NCBI GenBank assembly: GCA_051294375.1
Contig: CM119265.1
Coordinates: forward strand, 12,698,914 to 12,762,913
DNA from: Paraspadella gotoi
Taxonomy: Eukaryota; Animalia; Chaetognatha
Reading direction: 5' to 3'
DNA: 64,000 nucleotides
Made by a program: the position numbers and the translations under genes
The notes under the pieces: model-generated
What the model saw: only the letters and a program-made list of their open reading frames with translations
Databases searched by the model: none
Told to the model about the DNA's origin: nothing
In this document: one piece after another, positions 61,257-64,000 of the stretch
Layout: each line of letters begins with the position of its first letter
How positions within the stretch are numbered: position 1 is the first letter of the stretch

Positions 61257-63894
61257 CTAACGAATTTCATAATTTTCGAAAATATTTTCTTATTCTTATT
61301 TTTAAAAGTTTTCCGGAGAAATGAAACTACAGCCATTTTTCTTGGAATTATTGTTTTGGCAGATGAAATAAATTATCCGCAGGTCGATCTTGAACGAAAT
61401 TTATTTTTTTCCTATTTCCTATTACTTGTTTTGAATAGAAAAAAATAAAATGCGGGGGGAATTTCGAGCAGACAAGATGGATATAGGAAAAAAATTTTTT
61501 TTGTTTCCAAATTTTTTTTTTTTTCCCACACGACTATCAAACTTTGCGCGTTTATCATTCAGAGGGGACAAGACGAAGGATAGAAGAGACAGATGGTGAC
61601 GACTGTAAGCAGTGAGATCAAAATTTTAAAAATCATTTTGACTAAAAGGATATAAAGACGGAGGTCTTAAAGTGCTTTTCAAAACGTCTTGACAGGGCGG
61701 TAACATGGGCGACGGAGAAAGTCAAGAGCAGATAGTCCAGACCACCGGACTGGAACGCAGAGAAACATGTAAAGAGTGACAGTTTAGATTAGACCTGCGA
61801 ACCAAAGTTTTTTTAAAATAATATTATATGTTTTCCCAAGAAGCATTTTTTACGGGACGGAACCACTGATGTTTTTTAGATTAAAATACTAGATTAATAA
61901 AATGAAAATAGCAATCGTATTATGAGAGCACCCGAACTGTCCACGGTTACGCGCCGATGGACGTAGTGTGTCAGGGTGCCGCCGCCCCTGGCGTCGCGCA
62001 GGCAGGCTCAGGGTGTGAAGCACCAAACCCCAGCCCACTGCCGCCAGGGCCACCCCGCCAGTGCGCGCGCCCGCGCCTGCCTCCTTTTCTCCTCGAATGC
62101 GCGTCGCCATGCGGACGCCGACTGGCAGGAATAGGCGATATAAGCAACTATATACATATGGCGAATTTTTTGTTTGCATGTGAATAATAATAATAATAGT
62201 AAAAAAACCTGATGGAAGAGAAAGAGAAAATAATGATATATGACTCGTTTCCAGTTTCCGATTGAAGGATCGCAGATGGCGTCGCCTCTCCATCCGCGCC
62301 ACCGATTTTTTTTTAACGGTTCGTTGCGACGAGAGCAGAACGTCTCGAGATCCTCGTTGGAAAGAGATGGAATTTGTTTACGTCGAAGATTAAGCGTTTT
62401 TAATTAAGAGTTTCTATTTTTAGGTGTAGAGCTTGATCGACGGAGAGAGAGATAAAATCGCTAATTTGTTNNNNNNNNNNNNNNNNNNNNNNNNNNNNNN
62501 NNNNNNNNNNNNNNNNNNNNNNNNNNNNNNNNNNNNNNNNNNNNNNNNNNNNNNNNNNNNNNNNNNNNNNNNNNNNNNNNNNNNNNNNNNNNNNNNNNNN
62601 NNNNNNNNNNNNNNNNNNNNNNNNNNNNNNNNNNNNNNNNNNNNNNNNNNNNNNNNNNNNNNNNNNNAAAATTCTCGACAGAAGGCGACGAGTCGATTTG
62701 TTATCGAGCCATTTTGGAATTCTGCAATAACTAATTTTCTCAATTTGAATTGTTGTATCAATTTCATAAATAAACTCTTTTAGCTTCACAACTTTTTTTT
62801 ACAATTTATTTAGAGAATTGACGAAGTTTTTTTTTGTTTGCAACGAATTTTATTTATAGTTGAACAGACATGTTTCGACTTGTTTTACAAGTCTTCATCA
62901 GCGTTTTTATTTATATTTTCTGAGTTTCTTTACAAATCATACGCACCAATTGTTTTCCTTTCGCGCCGAAAACAAAAGATCTCACTTCTCAGTTTCAAAA
63001 CCATTTTTATCTTTTTTTTTTTTCTTTAATTTTTCGTATTTGTTTCTTTCTTTTTCAATATTTGTTTAGTTTTCACTATTTATTCTTCGACTCGGAGCGG
63101 AAACGTGCGTGCGCTCCGCGCGCTCTCTNNNNNNNNNNNNNNNNNNNNNNNNNNNNNNNNNNNNNNNNNNNNNNNNNNNNNNNNNNNNNNNNNNNNNNNN
63201 NNNNNNNNNNNNNNNNNNNNNNNNNNNNNNNNNNNNNNNNNNNNNNNNNNNNNNNNNNNNNNNNNNNNNNNNNNNNNNNNNNNNNNNNNNNNNNNNNNNN
63301 NNNNNNNNNNNNNNNNNAAAAAAATGCGGAAAACGACAACAACAATATCCCTCGACGTTTATTCGAGGTTTACAGTTTGAATTTTCGTTGACGTCGTGTT
63401 TCGCGGGTGATTTTGTTTCCCGCGCGGGAGAATTTTTATATAAACTTTGGAACGTGGAGAGTGGGGGCCGCCATTTTGATAGAAGGAAAAAAGGGAAAAC
63501 ACCTCATTGCCCGAAGAATTTGTTAGAAAATGAAGATAGTGAAATAAAATTTTATACAAATTCACGTTCATACAAAATTCATGATTAAGATTGATAACAC
63601 CATAAAGTCATAAAAAAAAAACAACCTTTTTTTTTAAACGCGCGTTTCTTATCTAGAACGTTCCCGCGACTTCCCCTCCCCTTCGATCATTCCCCGACTC
63701 TTGATTGTTCAAATGTTTTCTTTTCAAGTCGAGAAAGTCGCCGTAACGCGACACCTTCTCATAATCAAAGAGGCGGAAAATTTGAGAGGGAGTCGTCGAG
63801 AGAAAAACTCCCGCCGCCCAAAAGTAAAACGCACTTTCAATTTATGGCTTTTTTAAAAAAAAACGTTTTACCGAAAAAACTGAGAGAGAGAAAA

Positions 63895-64000
63895 AATAAG
63901 AACGGTAATTCAAATGTGTTGCGCGGAAGCGACTGCCTTATCACGTGTATTTCTCGTGACATGATGTGACATGACATGACATGACATGATGTTACATGAT
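63895..64000 (+). mobile_element. 5' part of a second copy of the HINE-like repeat (truncated by the window end)
   Basis: aagaacggtaattcaaatgtgttg...ctgccttatcac.t.tattt.t.gtgacatga matches 24459-24530, followed by (CATGA)n. Confidence 0.7.

Overview
Eukaryotic, invertebrate-like genomic DNA from a draft assembly. It has many N gaps, dense (GA/CT)n, (CTTT)n and (GAC)n microsatellites, AT-rich introns, and patches of indel-rich sequence that look unpolished. Almost all ORFs in the supplied track are microsatellite or gap artefacts. Supported content: (1) a ~15 kb near-perfect palindrome (arms 1-7481 and 7571-~15067) whose apex is an 89-nt CT-only loop. It is most likely a fold-back or assembly product, although one clean 37-bp indel separates the arms. 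(2) A 5.0 kb TA-flanked Tc1/mariner-type element (22401-27420) with ~810-bp TIRs. It carries a nested Tc1 deletion derivative, a Helentron/HINE-like repeat and an 18-bp satellite. (3) A spliced minus-strand immunoglobulin-superfamily gene, from which five phase-compatible exons (53775 to 33563) were reconstructed by hand, giving V-like + C2-like + part of a third Ig domain. (4) A decayed RTE-like LINE fragment with C2H2 fingers in that gene's large intron. (5) tRNA-derived SINE-like repeats. (6) A probable NHL/beta-propeller exon on the plus strand at 22110-22266. (7) A second inverted duplication at 58-61 kb that includes an exon-like segment. No CRISPR array, rRNA or intact tRNA gene was seen. 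I found no convincing evidence of a wholly new biological system; the best leads are ranked in the findings.
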